Source: Bacillota bacterium (GTDB taxonomy: Bacteria; Bacillota; Clostridia; Christensenellales; UBA1242). From it: 48,303 nucleotides of DNA. This document shows, piece after piece, positions 35,741 to 45,800 of this stretch. The DNA lies in assembly GCA_009780375.1 (NCBI GenBank), contig WRAD01000004.1, positions 1-48,303 of the forward strand. The letters are read 5' to 3'. A program made the position numbers and the translations under genes. Positions within the stretch are counted from its first letter, which is position 1; the number at the start of each line of letters is the position of its first letter. Under the pieces are notes generated by a model. That model made no database searches, was not told where the DNA came from, and saw only the letters and a program-made list of their open reading frames with translations.

Positions 35741-36907
35741 TTACCGCAAGTCATTTAGAATTGATTGAAGTTCGACAAGAAATATATTGATTTCATCAAG
35801 CGTATTGTATTGCCCAAGAGATATACGAAGCACCGACTTTGATTTTGCCTCACTTATACCCATCGCAAGAAGTGTTCTATTCTTTGCACTCTTTGACGCA
35901 CACGCAGACCCAATACCGACAAAAATATTTCTTTGTGACAATGCATTCATAACGGTGTTACCAAGGATACCGTTTGGCAAGACAATGTTTGTTATATAAG
36001 GAGATTGGGCTGTCTGGGGAAAATTACCAAGTTGCGGTTGCGGGATTGAATTTAGGAAACTGTTCAAAGTACAACCGTTTGGCAAGTTATTTACAAGGTG
36101 GTTGCGAAGTGTTGTTATATGGTTAAAAGAGTCTTGTGTATTGAAAGATGCAACCGCCGACGCGAAACCTATGATTGACGGATTGTTTTCGGTTCCAGGG
36201 CGAAAATCTTGTTGACTTCCACCATACATGATTGGTTTGATTGTTGTACCTTGTCTAAGCCACAATGCACCGATACCTTTCGGACCATAGATTTTGTGTG
36301 CGGATACAACGACACTGTCGATACCTAAATCTTGTACATCAAAATCAAATGTACAAAAGCCTTGGACCGCATCACAATGAATGTGAGTTATAGGGTTGAT
36401 TTGGCGGATAGTACGAACGATTTCCGACGCGTTTTGTATTATACCTATGTCACTGTTGACAAGTCCGAAAACCACCAAAGCGGTTGTGGGACGTATAAGA
36501 CGTGCAAGTGCATTTATGTCTGCCTCACCGTTACTTTTAAGTGGTACGTAATCCACATCAAAATCCGCGTTTTTTAAATAGACACTTGGTGCATAAACGG
36601 AACTGTGTTCACCTGCAAGAACGACAAGATGGTTACGCACACTTGTAATTTTCCCAAGGATTACCATATTGTTGCCTTCGGTCGCACCACTTGTAAATAT
36701 TAATTGTCCCAAACCAGATTTTGCAAGGCGAGATTTAATAACCATTGTTGCTTGTTCAATTGCATGTCTTGCAACAAGCGAGCCATTGTAAACGGCGGCA
36801 GAATTATAATAAAATTCCTGTTCGGCATTATTGATTGCATCAAGGACATTCGGACGAATGCGAGTTGTCGCCGCATTATCAAGATAGATCACACTGGTGG
36901 TTTTCAT
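35741..36907 (-). CDS. cysteine desulfurase (IscS/NifS group I)
   Basis: IYLDNAATT, FTSGATE.NN, H.DAVQ, SAHKIYGPKGIG, RPGTEN, GSACAS. Confidence 0.93.
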   Translation of the reverse strand: MKTTSVIYLDNAATTRIRPNVLDAINNAEQEFYYNSAAVYNGSLVARHAIEQATMVIKSRLAKSGLGQLIFTSGATEGNNMVILGKITSVRNHLVVLAGEHSSVYAPSVYLKNADFDVDYVPLKSNGEADINALARLIRPTTALVVFGLVNSDIGIIQNASEIVRTIRQINPITHIHCDAVQGFCTFDFDVQDLGIDSVVVSAHKIYGPKGIGALWLRQGTTIKPIMYGGSQQDFRPGTENNPSIIGFASAVASFNTQDSFNHITTLRNHLVNNLPNGCTLNSFLNSIPQPQLGNFPQTAQSPYITNIVLPNGILGNTVMNALSQRNIFVGIGSACASKSAKNRTLLAMGISEAKSKSVLRISLGQYNTLDEINIFLVELQSILNDLR

Positions 36908-36959
36908 ATATTATAGTATAGCCACACAAGAGGATATTAGTGCCGAAAAATATTGATAT

Positions 36960-37835
36960 TTATTCAAGATCATCTTTGACCGCTTTGAGACTTTGTGCAA
37001 TATCCTTTAACATTACATCCATTGGATCGGGACCAGAGTCTTTTGTTATTGAGACAGGCTGGGGCGTTGAGGCTTGATTATAATGTTGTAAAGGCGGTGA
37101 CGGCGGAGATTGGTGATGTAAAGCGGACGGTTGCATAGAAATTTCTTTGCGTTCATGTTGTGGAACATTATTAATTATAACAGGTTGTGCACTATCTCTT
37201 AGATATTGTGGGATTACAGGAGGGTTTGCATTATGATTGATGTAACTTCCTATCGAATACATTTTAAAATGTCCAACAAGTTCTGCAAGCATAGATTTCA
37301 TATCTATGATGTCATCATTAGCACGTTCTATCTTGTCATCAAGTTTTGACATATAACCTTTAATCATTTCCGCCTGGCCACCATTTGTTTGTATCCGAAC
37401 CTCAATAAAATTTTCCATTAATTTGTCAAGTTTGTTTTCTACCTTATCAAATTGTTTTTGAAAATCACCACCTGACTGGTTATGAACGGTGCGTTTAATT
37501 TCGCATATGTCACTTATGCCCTCTTTAAATGCCTGGTGAATTTTTTCAAGCATTTCTTGTTTTTGTCGCTGTTTACTTTTAATCTCTTCTTGGTTTTCTT
37601 TAAGTTCGGTAAAAATCTTTTGTGTAACTTCGTTCATCACTGCCCCCTCTTTTTTTATTGTTCCAATGTGCGTATTCGAATTCATTTTCAATGCATTAAG
37701 TTCCATAAGTTCACGACGAACCGCAGAATTTGTCTCTTTTCGTTTATTCTCAAGTTCTTTGATACGGGCTTTTCGCAATTCCTCATCCTTTAAATATTGA
37801 GGTTGAACACCACCAGGCATTATTTTGTTACTCAT
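36960..37835 (-). CDS. cytoplasmic coiled-coil protein with Pro/Gln-rich linker
   Basis: K/E/Q-rich helical N-terminal two thirds, no TM or signal; GGAGG SD and ATGA overlap with upstream gene. Confidence 0.8.
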   Translation of the reverse strand: MSNKIMPGGVQPQYLKDEELRKARIKELENKRKETNSAVRRELMELNALKMNSNTHIGTIKKEGAVMNEVTQKIFTELKENQEEIKSKQRQKQEMLEKIHQAFKEGISDICEIKRTVHNQSGGDFQKQFDKVENKLDKLMENFIEVRIQTNGGQAEMIKGYMSKLDDKIERANDDIIDMKSMLAELVGHFKMYSIGSYINHNANPPVIPQYLRDSAQPVIINNVPQHERKEISMQPSALHHQSPPSPPLQHYNQASTPQPVSITKDSGPDPMDVMLKDIAQSLKAVKDDLE

Positions 37836-40800
37836 TTTTTACCTCCTTTTTTCGCCGTTTTGTATTCTTTTGCCAAGCGAACGGCTTTTTGTGCAGAATC
37901 TCCTGCATTTTGTATTGCATCCATCGCGGTCTCACGCATTTTAGATTCCTGCTTTGCAATTGAGGCTTGGCCTGTTGCAAATCTGAGATCATTCATCGCT
38001 TTATCAAGTGCCTGTGTTGCCGAGTTCTTAAGTTCATTTAGGGTATTCATTTTTATCTTTGCTTTGCGTTTACGTAAATATAGGAATGTGCTTGCCAATA
38101 TCACCGCCGCAAGCGTGCCAACACCAATTAAAATCCAATGCAGATTATCCATAAAAAAGTTTCTGTCATCGTCATCCAAATCTGGCGATGGAAAATCTTG
38201 CTTTTCCTCAAGTGCGGCAAAAGTATTGGTCAGTGCATTGAATGCGGTTTCATAGGAATAACTTCCGTTTGCATCCCATTCCATGAGAAGGAAAATAGAA
38301 ATTCCAAGCCATTCTAAAAATGGTTCAACCGTTTCTTCAGAATAAAGATTTCTAAAATGCAATGTTATTACATCTAGGCTGTCGTCTGGTTCTATTGATT
38401 GCCAATCAAAGTCTCCAAGTATAAATGATACAAGAAGATGTAACTTTGATCGATAAGGATCTATATCACTTTCATCCAATTCATTTACTGTGATTACAAC
38501 CGAATAAGTTTGTGTGTTTCCTGCCGGAGACACCACAACAATATTAAACGTTGATACACCAACAGGTAATATTGGAAGAGTTTGCCCATTTCTGTTAACG
38601 CCATCTACGACAAGTTCAACACTTGCATCAGGATTAGTTGAGATTGCATTTATTACAACGGCATGACGCAAATGAAACGAAATAGGCATAGGTTCGAAAA
38701 TCCTCTCACCATTCCATGGTTTCATGATACCCGCGACGGTTAAAACCAAATCATCAAGAGCACGATAGTCTGGGTCTTCGGTTGGATCGGTTATTATATC
38801 GGATGGCAAGACTATTATATTGAATTGCGTAATTGTATCTTGATAAGTTATTGTTAATACACGCAACATCCCTGGCCCAGTAGGCGTTGCAACCACCTCG
38901 TTCCAAGCAAGTGCCCCACCAAGCATTGCAAGTGTTACGTCAACTTGACGTTGTTCTGTGTCTGACATTGTGACCAAAATACGAATTTCCCCGGTTACAT
39001 ACGACTGCCCAACTATCCAGCCAACTCGGCTTCCTGCCATTACAGATATAGATTCAACCGTAGGGATTTCTGGTGCTGCATTCACAGTAATTTGGAAAGT
39101 AGTTGTTGTATCAAGATATGTAATCACAAGTGTCTGTATTCCAGGCGTAGAGATAATACCATTCCACGTTGAAATACCACCTATCATTGCAAGAGTTACC
39201 GACGTATTATATATGTAAGTATCATTGATGTTTACTTGTATTACAATTGCCTCTTGGTCAAATGCCTCACCTATCATCCATGTGTTTCGGCTTTGATTAT
39301 TTATAACAAAAATATTTACATTGTTCGGATTCGCAGGTGCAATGACGGTAATTTGCCTTGTTGAGGTAAAGCCAAGATGTGATATGGTCACATTTACATT
39401 CCCCAAATCATTCGTATTAAATGAATCACCCATCATTGCAAGTGTTACCGCATGCCCTGTGTCAGGTGTTTCACGCCAATTCCATATGAATTCAAATTGC
39501 CAACTGTTGTCATATGCCGATCCTCTTGTAAAAGTGGTTGTTCCGACATTCATAATTCGAATTTCGGTTATCTGAGCCACAATGACAGAAACAACAAAAG
39601 GATAATTATGCGCAAGATGTGTCAGGTTCAAAATCATTTGCCCTTGGGAAGAAGTATCAAAACCTGCGGTCATCGCCATAGCGGTTGTTACAGGAATTCT
39701 TGTTGGGACGCGATCATCTGTCCAATGTGCAATAATTTCAATCGCATTATTTTGATAAGGTTCGCCTTGCACAAAGTTATGCCTGTCGCGGATTGTTGCC
39801 CATTCCGCACTTATGCGATAAATGACGGCAACAGGAGCAACGACATTTATATCAACGGTTAAAGAAAATCCTGCGTACTCTATTACAAGTTGACGTGGAC
39901 CCAGGACAGATACAGAGGTATTAAAGCCAGTAATCATTGATGCCGTCACAGGAATAGAATTTGTCAAATTGTTTGCACCAGACCAATTATGAGTAAAGAA
40001 AACAGAAAACCTGTTATCATAAGGTGCATTTTGTGTAAATGTTAGATTTGCACCAGGAACAAGTTCAATACCATTTATTATTGGGGCAACAACCTTTGCA
40101 GACATTGTAACAGGTTCAGTCACATTTGCATGAGTGAATTGCAAAGTTGTAATACCTGGGATTGATGTATTAAAACCTGCATTATTTGCCATTGATGCGG
40201 TAACAGGAATAGGTGCAGAAGATGATCCGTCGGTATAATGATGGACGATTTGAATGGCACCACTTGGGAATGATTCACCAACGAAAAAGAATGGTTCAGG
40301 AATTCTTTCTGGTGCAGAAAAGATAAACCCAGGTGTCCATTGTGCACTTATGCCATTTACAATTGCGTTTGCCGCAATAACTGTGATTGGAACATCAATT
40401 GTAAAACCTTGGTAATAAATTACAAGCTGACGCGAACCATGAACAGAAACCGCATTTTCAAATGCTTCCAGACCACCAAGCATATCAATTGTCACCGTGA
40501 TTGGATTTTGCGAATTATTTGCCCCTGGCCAATCATGTGTTATATAGATTTGAAATCGGTTATCATATGCCGCGAATTGATTAAATGTAGTATTTGTGGC
40601 AAGTAAATTAATCCCACTTGGATTTGGTATAACAACATCAACGATGAATTCAACAGAGTGTGGCAGTCCTGTTGTCGGGTTAACAGAATGTTCAAAATTC
40701 AACGTATATGTTCCAGGTGTTGCAAAACCTGTTACAGGAAAACCGGCGGTAATTGCCATAGCCTGACTTACATTTACCACAGTTGTTGTGTTGTCGCTGT

Positions 40801-42832
40801 TATGTAATACCAGTCTTATTGCGTTCGTATGATATGTCTCGCCTACAAAAAAGAAAGGCTCAGGACTTCTGGAAGGTGACGGGAATATAAATCCCGCAGT
40901 CCACTCTGCGGTCATATCTATTACCGCAACCGCAACGGTAACATTCAAATCAATATTACGAAAAGTGCCATCTTCGCCATCTATCCTGATGATTATCGGC
41001 GTTGTTACGCCAGGCAAAACATCTATATTATGTGTTCCAAGACCAGATGTAATTGATGCCTCTTGTATATTTACCACACTTGCGGCAATTGTGAAATTAT
41101 CTGTACCATGTGGCAGAATTACATTTATCGGCACAGGGGTACTGAATTGATTTGCAAGAAGTCCGACAGGTGGAAATACAGACGGAGTTGTCGGAGTTGG
41201 TGTAATTGTCAAGTAGGTTAACCCAAGATCTGCGGTTCGAACAAAAAATTGTATTGTACGTACAACCGAATTTCCAAATTGTGGGGTTGTTGTTATTACA
41301 AGCACATTATTAGAACCGGGTTGAATATCTTCAAGTGGATTTATATTTTGGTCTATAGGCATGCCATTTAATGTTATCGCAACAGATGATAAAGATGATT
41401 CAGGTGAAACAGTCAATGTGATTGCATCTGCATGACTTAGTGGAATTTCTTCGAGAATGTTCCAGATTGCATTTGTACCTGTTGGATTTAGCCATTGGCT
41501 CGAAGCGGTTTGCACAGCACCTCCAATTTCAAAATTGAATCCAGTTATATTTGTATTCGAATCTCCCCCATTTCTTATAACATTAATTGTATGCGTGGCA
41601 AAAAAGTTTCCACTTGCCGATGTTATTGTAAATGTTATAGGTGTTGTTGAATAATTTGGCAATGCAACGCTTTGCAGGCTGACGGTACTTTGTTCAAACG
41701 AGACGGTTGCACCACTTGTTGCGACAATTTCAAAGTCCATCACTTCAATTTGTGTAGTTGTAAATGGCAATGTTATTGTATTCCATATATTTGTTCCTCC
41801 ATCACGATTAATCACCAACTCGGCATGGATTATATCATATATCTCGACCGAATCAAGAGGATTTACCGGTGCATCAAGGGTTATTGCCACCGTATAAATT
41901 TCTGTTGTTATTTGGTCCTGTGCAACAATTTCGATTTGAACAATTGTAGTTGTACCTGTACTCAGCGAAAGAAAATCATCAAAATAAGACGCATGCGGAC
42001 CACCATCAATACTTATTGTTGCAACATTTGATTCAGGTGATGCACGAAGACGAAAGTCATTCGCATATATATATTGAAATTCGTATGGCAGAACAAGCGT
42101 TGTTGCACTTGTCCACATTGATGGACTTATATTAAATGCCTCTTCTGCTATTTCAATTACCAGATTATCTCGATCCAGTTTTGCATTATTGCAAAATATT
42201 GTCGTTTCACCCTCAAATACTATATCAAGATTACCAAGTGCCAATCGGCCATTCGCATAGTCATGTTGAATTGCAATATCTGCGTGTGGGTTGACACTTG
42301 TGAACGCGGGACCTGTTTCAAAATTTATGCTGTATGTACCTGGCATTACATCGTCTCTAAGTCTGAAAATAATATCACCAAGATAATATTCATTACCAGG
42401 GGCGAATATTGGCATCGCGTTGACGTTACTGAATCCTTTGTTAATTTGTCCTAGTGTATTATTAAAGGTATAATTTTGACTTATCGGCATTTCAAAGACA
42501 CCTGGGATACCTACTATTAATGTGTTTACCTCTATCCTGTCAACCTGAAAAACATTAGGATCAAATAATATACGTGCATCAGCCATAGCAAGTTCCGCAT
42601 TTCCAAAAATCCACAGTGAAACAGGTAACTCGAAAGTTGTGGTATTTATAACTGACAAGTCAATTGTTATTGTGGCATCTGTGCTTAATACCATTATTGC
42701 CTCTGAATCGGCAGGTATCTGGTGACCTGCAACGGTTAAAACCGGTAAAGTTTGAAATTGCATGATTAATAAAGCGATTGCCGTGACTATCACTGTTATT
42801 ATCATGCCTGATAAAGTTTTGTTTTTTTTCAT
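37832..42832 (-). CDS. membrane-anchored scaffold: cohesin-like domain, cadherin-like and Ig-like (Big_3-type) repeats, TM helix, ~80-aa cytoplasmic tail
   Basis: Signal helix; TFELPVSL...ARILFDPNVFQV...LGDIIFRLR....PGTYSINF (cohesin-like); I.V.A.D.....Y.V.I; VGE.F....I......G...L.I.Y; WILIGVGTLAAVILASTFLYL-RKRK. Confidence 0.8.
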   Translation of the reverse strand: MKKNKTLSGMIITVIVTAIALLIMQFQTLPVLTVAGHQIPADSEAIMVLSTDATITIDLSVINTTTFELPVSLWIFGNAELAMADARILFDPNVFQVDRIEVNTLIVGIPGVFEMPISQNYTFNNTLGQINKGFSNVNAMPIFAPGNEYYLGDIIFRLRDDVMPGTYSINFETGPAFTSVNPHADIAIQHDYANGRLALGNLDIVFEGETTIFCNNAKLDRDNLVIEIAEEAFNISPSMWTSATTLVLPYEFQYIYANDFRLRASPESNVATISIDGGPHASYFDDFLSLSTGTTTIVQIEIVAQDQITTEIYTVAITLDAPVNPLDSVEIYDIIHAELVINRDGGTNIWNTITLPFTTTQIEVMDFEIVATSGATVSFEQSTVSLQSVALPNYSTTPITFTITSASGNFFATHTINVIRNGGDSNTNITGFNFEIGGAVQTASSQWLNPTGTNAIWNILEEIPLSHADAITLTVSPESSLSSVAITLNGMPIDQNINPLEDIQPGSNNVLVITTTPQFGNSVVRTIQFFVRTADLGLTYLTITPTPTTPSVFPPVGLLANQFSTPVPINVILPHGTDNFTIAASVVNIQEASITSGLGTHNIDVLPGVTTPIIIRIDGEDGTFRNIDLNVTVAVAVIDMTAEWTAGFIFPSPSRSPEPFFFVGETYHTNAIRLVLHNSDNTTTVVNVSQAMAITAGFPVTGFATPGTYTLNFEHSVNPTTGLPHSVEFIVDVVIPNPSGINLLATNTTFNQFAAYDNRFQIYITHDWPGANNSQNPITVTIDMLGGLEAFENAVSVHGSRQLVIYYQGFTIDVPITVIAANAIVNGISAQWTPGFIFSAPERIPEPFFFVGESFPSGAIQIVHHYTDGSSSAPIPVTASMANNAGFNTSIPGITTLQFTHANVTEPVTMSAKVVAPIINGIELVPGANLTFTQNAPYDNRFSVFFTHNWSGANNLTNSIPVTASMITGFNTSVSVLGPRQLVIEYAGFSLTVDINVVAPVAVIYRISAEWATIRDRHNFVQGEPYQNNAIEIIAHWTDDRVPTRIPVTTAMAMTAGFDTSSQGQMILNLTHLAHNYPFVVSVIVAQITEIRIMNVGTTTFTRGSAYDNSWQFEFIWNWRETPDTGHAVTLAMMGDSFNTNDLGNVNVTISHLGFTSTRQITVIAPANPNNVNIFVINNQSRNTWMIGEAFDQEAIVIQVNINDTYIYNTSVTLAMIGGISTWNGIISTPGIQTLVITYLDTTTTFQITVNAAPEIPTVESISVMAGSRVGWIVGQSYVTGEIRILVTMSDTEQRQVDVTLAMLGGALAWNEVVATPTGPGMLRVLTITYQDTITQFNIIVLPSDIITDPTEDPDYRALDDLVLTVAGIMKPWNGERIFEPMPISFHLRHAVVINAISTNPDASVELVVDGVNRNGQTLPILPVGVSTFNIVVVSPAGNTQTYSVVITVNELDESDIDPYRSKLHLLVSFILGDFDWQSIEPDDSLDVITLHFRNLYSEETVEPFLEWLGISIFLLMEWDANGSYSYETAFNALTNTFAALEEKQDFPSPDLDDDDRNFFMDNLHWILIGVGTLAAVILASTFLYLRKRKAKIKMNTLNELKNSATQALDKAMNDLRFATGQASIAKQESKMRETAMDAIQNAGDSAQKAVRLAKEYKTAKKGGKK

Positions 42833-45800
42833 GCTGCCTCCCCTTGTTCTTGTTGAAGTCTCAAACCATCAAAAATATCCACAGACCCTCTTACATGACT
42901 TTGTAATAACCCAACGTCAGAGTTATTTGGATTATTAAGTCCTCTTATATCTGCGGCAAGAAAGTTCGCACTTTCAAGCAATTGTCCTCGCACATGAGCC
43001 TGTAATCTTCCTACATCGGCGTTGTTTGGATTACCAAGACCACGAACGTCACCAATGACGACAATTGTTACTTTATCAATCACAGATTCGCCATTAAAAA
43101 GTTTTATTTGCATTCCTGTTGCCACCGTAGTGTTTAGATCAATAATTTCTTGCTCGCCTTGATTTAATGATTCAAAAACTCTAAGCCCTTTATTTATAAA
43201 CTGTGCAAGTAACGTTTCCAATAATTCGCCCGCAGCAAAGTTTGCAAGAAACACATCGCCTTGATGGTGGCCGTCTATTGCATTTCCCGCAGCATCGATA
43301 AATCTCAGAATCTGATAACCAGGCATCAAAGGATTCAAAGCAATGTGCAACAAAGTATCTGCAAGTATGTTATTAAGTGCATTGCGCAAGGCAACAACGT
43401 GATCATCTATTTCTTGCCGGGTACCTTCATTCAATAAAACATCGTTATATTCCATAAGTTGAAGCAATATTAACCACTCGGGTGTTGTATCTTGGGCAAG
43501 CTGTTCTATTTCTGATATTATTCTTACAAGATTACCAACATAAACAAGGTTATCAAGTACTTGACGAAGTTCATGTTGATTACCATTAATTGCATTTACA
43601 AGTTGCACCTGAAAAGCGTTCCATGACAATATTGTAAAGTAATGGTATTCGGTCAATGCATCCTCGACGGCATTTCGTGTTGCTATTGTTGCATTTAAAA
43701 CCGCTTGTTCCGAACCATTGATAAAAAGTTGCTCGTTATTATGAATAACGGTAACAAGTTCATCCCAACGTATATCATCACGAATATCATATTTTTGGAA
43801 AATTCGAGCAATTTCATGATAGTGACGAAGATTGCGGATACTTATCAGCCGTGCCAAAGCATCAAGCAAATTTTGTGCTGCGGAAATCCATCCACTGTCA
43901 TTTGATGGCAAACCTTGTGCAATTACGTCGTTTGCAAATGTTACCGCATCGATAAGTGCCATAAAACTCTCAAGTGTGTAATAACGTGCATATGGTAAAT
44001 GATATTGTGCTTTTGCAAGAAGTTCGTCCAACGTTCCAGATTGAAAAGCAAGATTGTATATTGCATAAAGCAAGTTTTCAATATATGTTTCAAGTGCAGT
44101 AACATCACTTGAGTCAATTTCAATAAAGCTCCTTGCGGCGTTTAATTGTGTAATCAAAGCGTTCCAACTTGTTGTTGTGTATAAAGATGGGTCTTTGGCT
44201 TCGACTTGGGCGATAAGTGCCTTAAGTTCAGATTTTTCAACCACCATTGCACTCATTGCCTCTTCAAGTTTTCTGATTGCCTCAAAAACTTCTCTTATCG
44301 ATGGTGGTGGCGGTTCAAGGACACCTGTTGCAAAGTTTATTGCATTTGTCAATTGTGCAGAAGTTTCTTGTGTAAATTGTGATCTGTCAAATTCAAATGC
44401 ATCACCCAATAAATTTGAAAGTGGCTCCAAATCAGGCAAGAGATTTGCATGCATTATGCGTAACTCATCATAAATTTCCATAAGATCAAAAACGTTTATA
44501 TTGACATTTGCAGCAGCAGTAACCCCGGCGTTGCGTGAAGCAAGAAAAGCGGTCCAAGAGTCAGTAAGAAAATTTATGGCTATTGTATAATAAGGTGCAA
44601 TCGATACGTCATTAACAAGGCCTTGCAAAGGGATACGATTGGCAACAAGTTCCTCCATCGCATTTTCCAAATCTGCATATGCATTTTGAACTTCTGTAAC
44701 AGTTAAACGACCCTGGTAATTCAAAATTGCAACAGCAGCTGAGCGTGCGATTTGAAATGGTTCCCAAGTTTCTTCGGTAACAAAATTTTGGCGAACCCGC
44801 CCGGCTATGTTTACAAGTGCGGTAAGTGCAGATGTATCTGCTTCAAGTGCATTAAATGCATCAAGAAGCATTTGATATTGAACAACAAGGTGGTCTGTGG
44901 TATGTGTTTCTGGATTAAATGTCAAATCAAGAAAGTCCTTACTTCGACTAATCTGTTCTTGTAACAGTTCCCAAGTGGCCTGCGTATAATCTGTGGAACT
45001 TTGATTTTGCAGCCACGTTATCAAATCACGTACATGTATATCATCAACAACAAGCCCAACATATGTAACAGAGTTATATGTCCCGCCATAAACCGAAAGC
45101 AAGAGCCTTTCTATTATATCAAGCATTTGATTCAGATTTGTTCCAGAATTCAAACGCATTGCATTCGCCTGGTCAAGATATCCTTGTAAAATGCCAAGTT
45201 CCGTCGCACGATAAAAATGGCGAGGAGGTGTTTCATTCGGCCTTGGAACACGTGCACGCAAAAGTCGTTGTTCAATTTGATCAACCACATCATCAAGTGC
45301 ATTGAAATTTAATAAAAGCGAGCCAAGTGCGTCTTGCAGATTTTGAATTGTATTGCGAAGTGTTTGTATAGTTGGGTTTGTACCAAATAATATTGTATTT
45401 GCATAGCTTATCGCATTTTCCAAATTTGCCCAAGAAAGGTATGTAAAGTATGCAGGATTAAGCGTACCTGTGTATAACATAAGTTCCTCAAGTTCTGACA
45501 AATCGGTCAGCAACATTGATATTGAGTTTCTTAATTCATGCAATATTACAACAAGTCTTTCATATTCACGAGTATCAAGTACTCCGTTAATATATGTATC
45601 GTATTCAGCAACCGCATTATCAAGGCTTTGTGTAAATGTTGCAAAGGATTCGATGGTAAAGTATTCTTCATGGATTGAAAACTCATTGGTCGCTTTGTTG
45701 ATTTCATAATGCAACAATTGCATATTAAATCGCAACATACCTATTGCGTTTTGAAGAATTTCACGTTGTGCACGAAGTCCTGCGAGCGTTGGCCGTGCCG

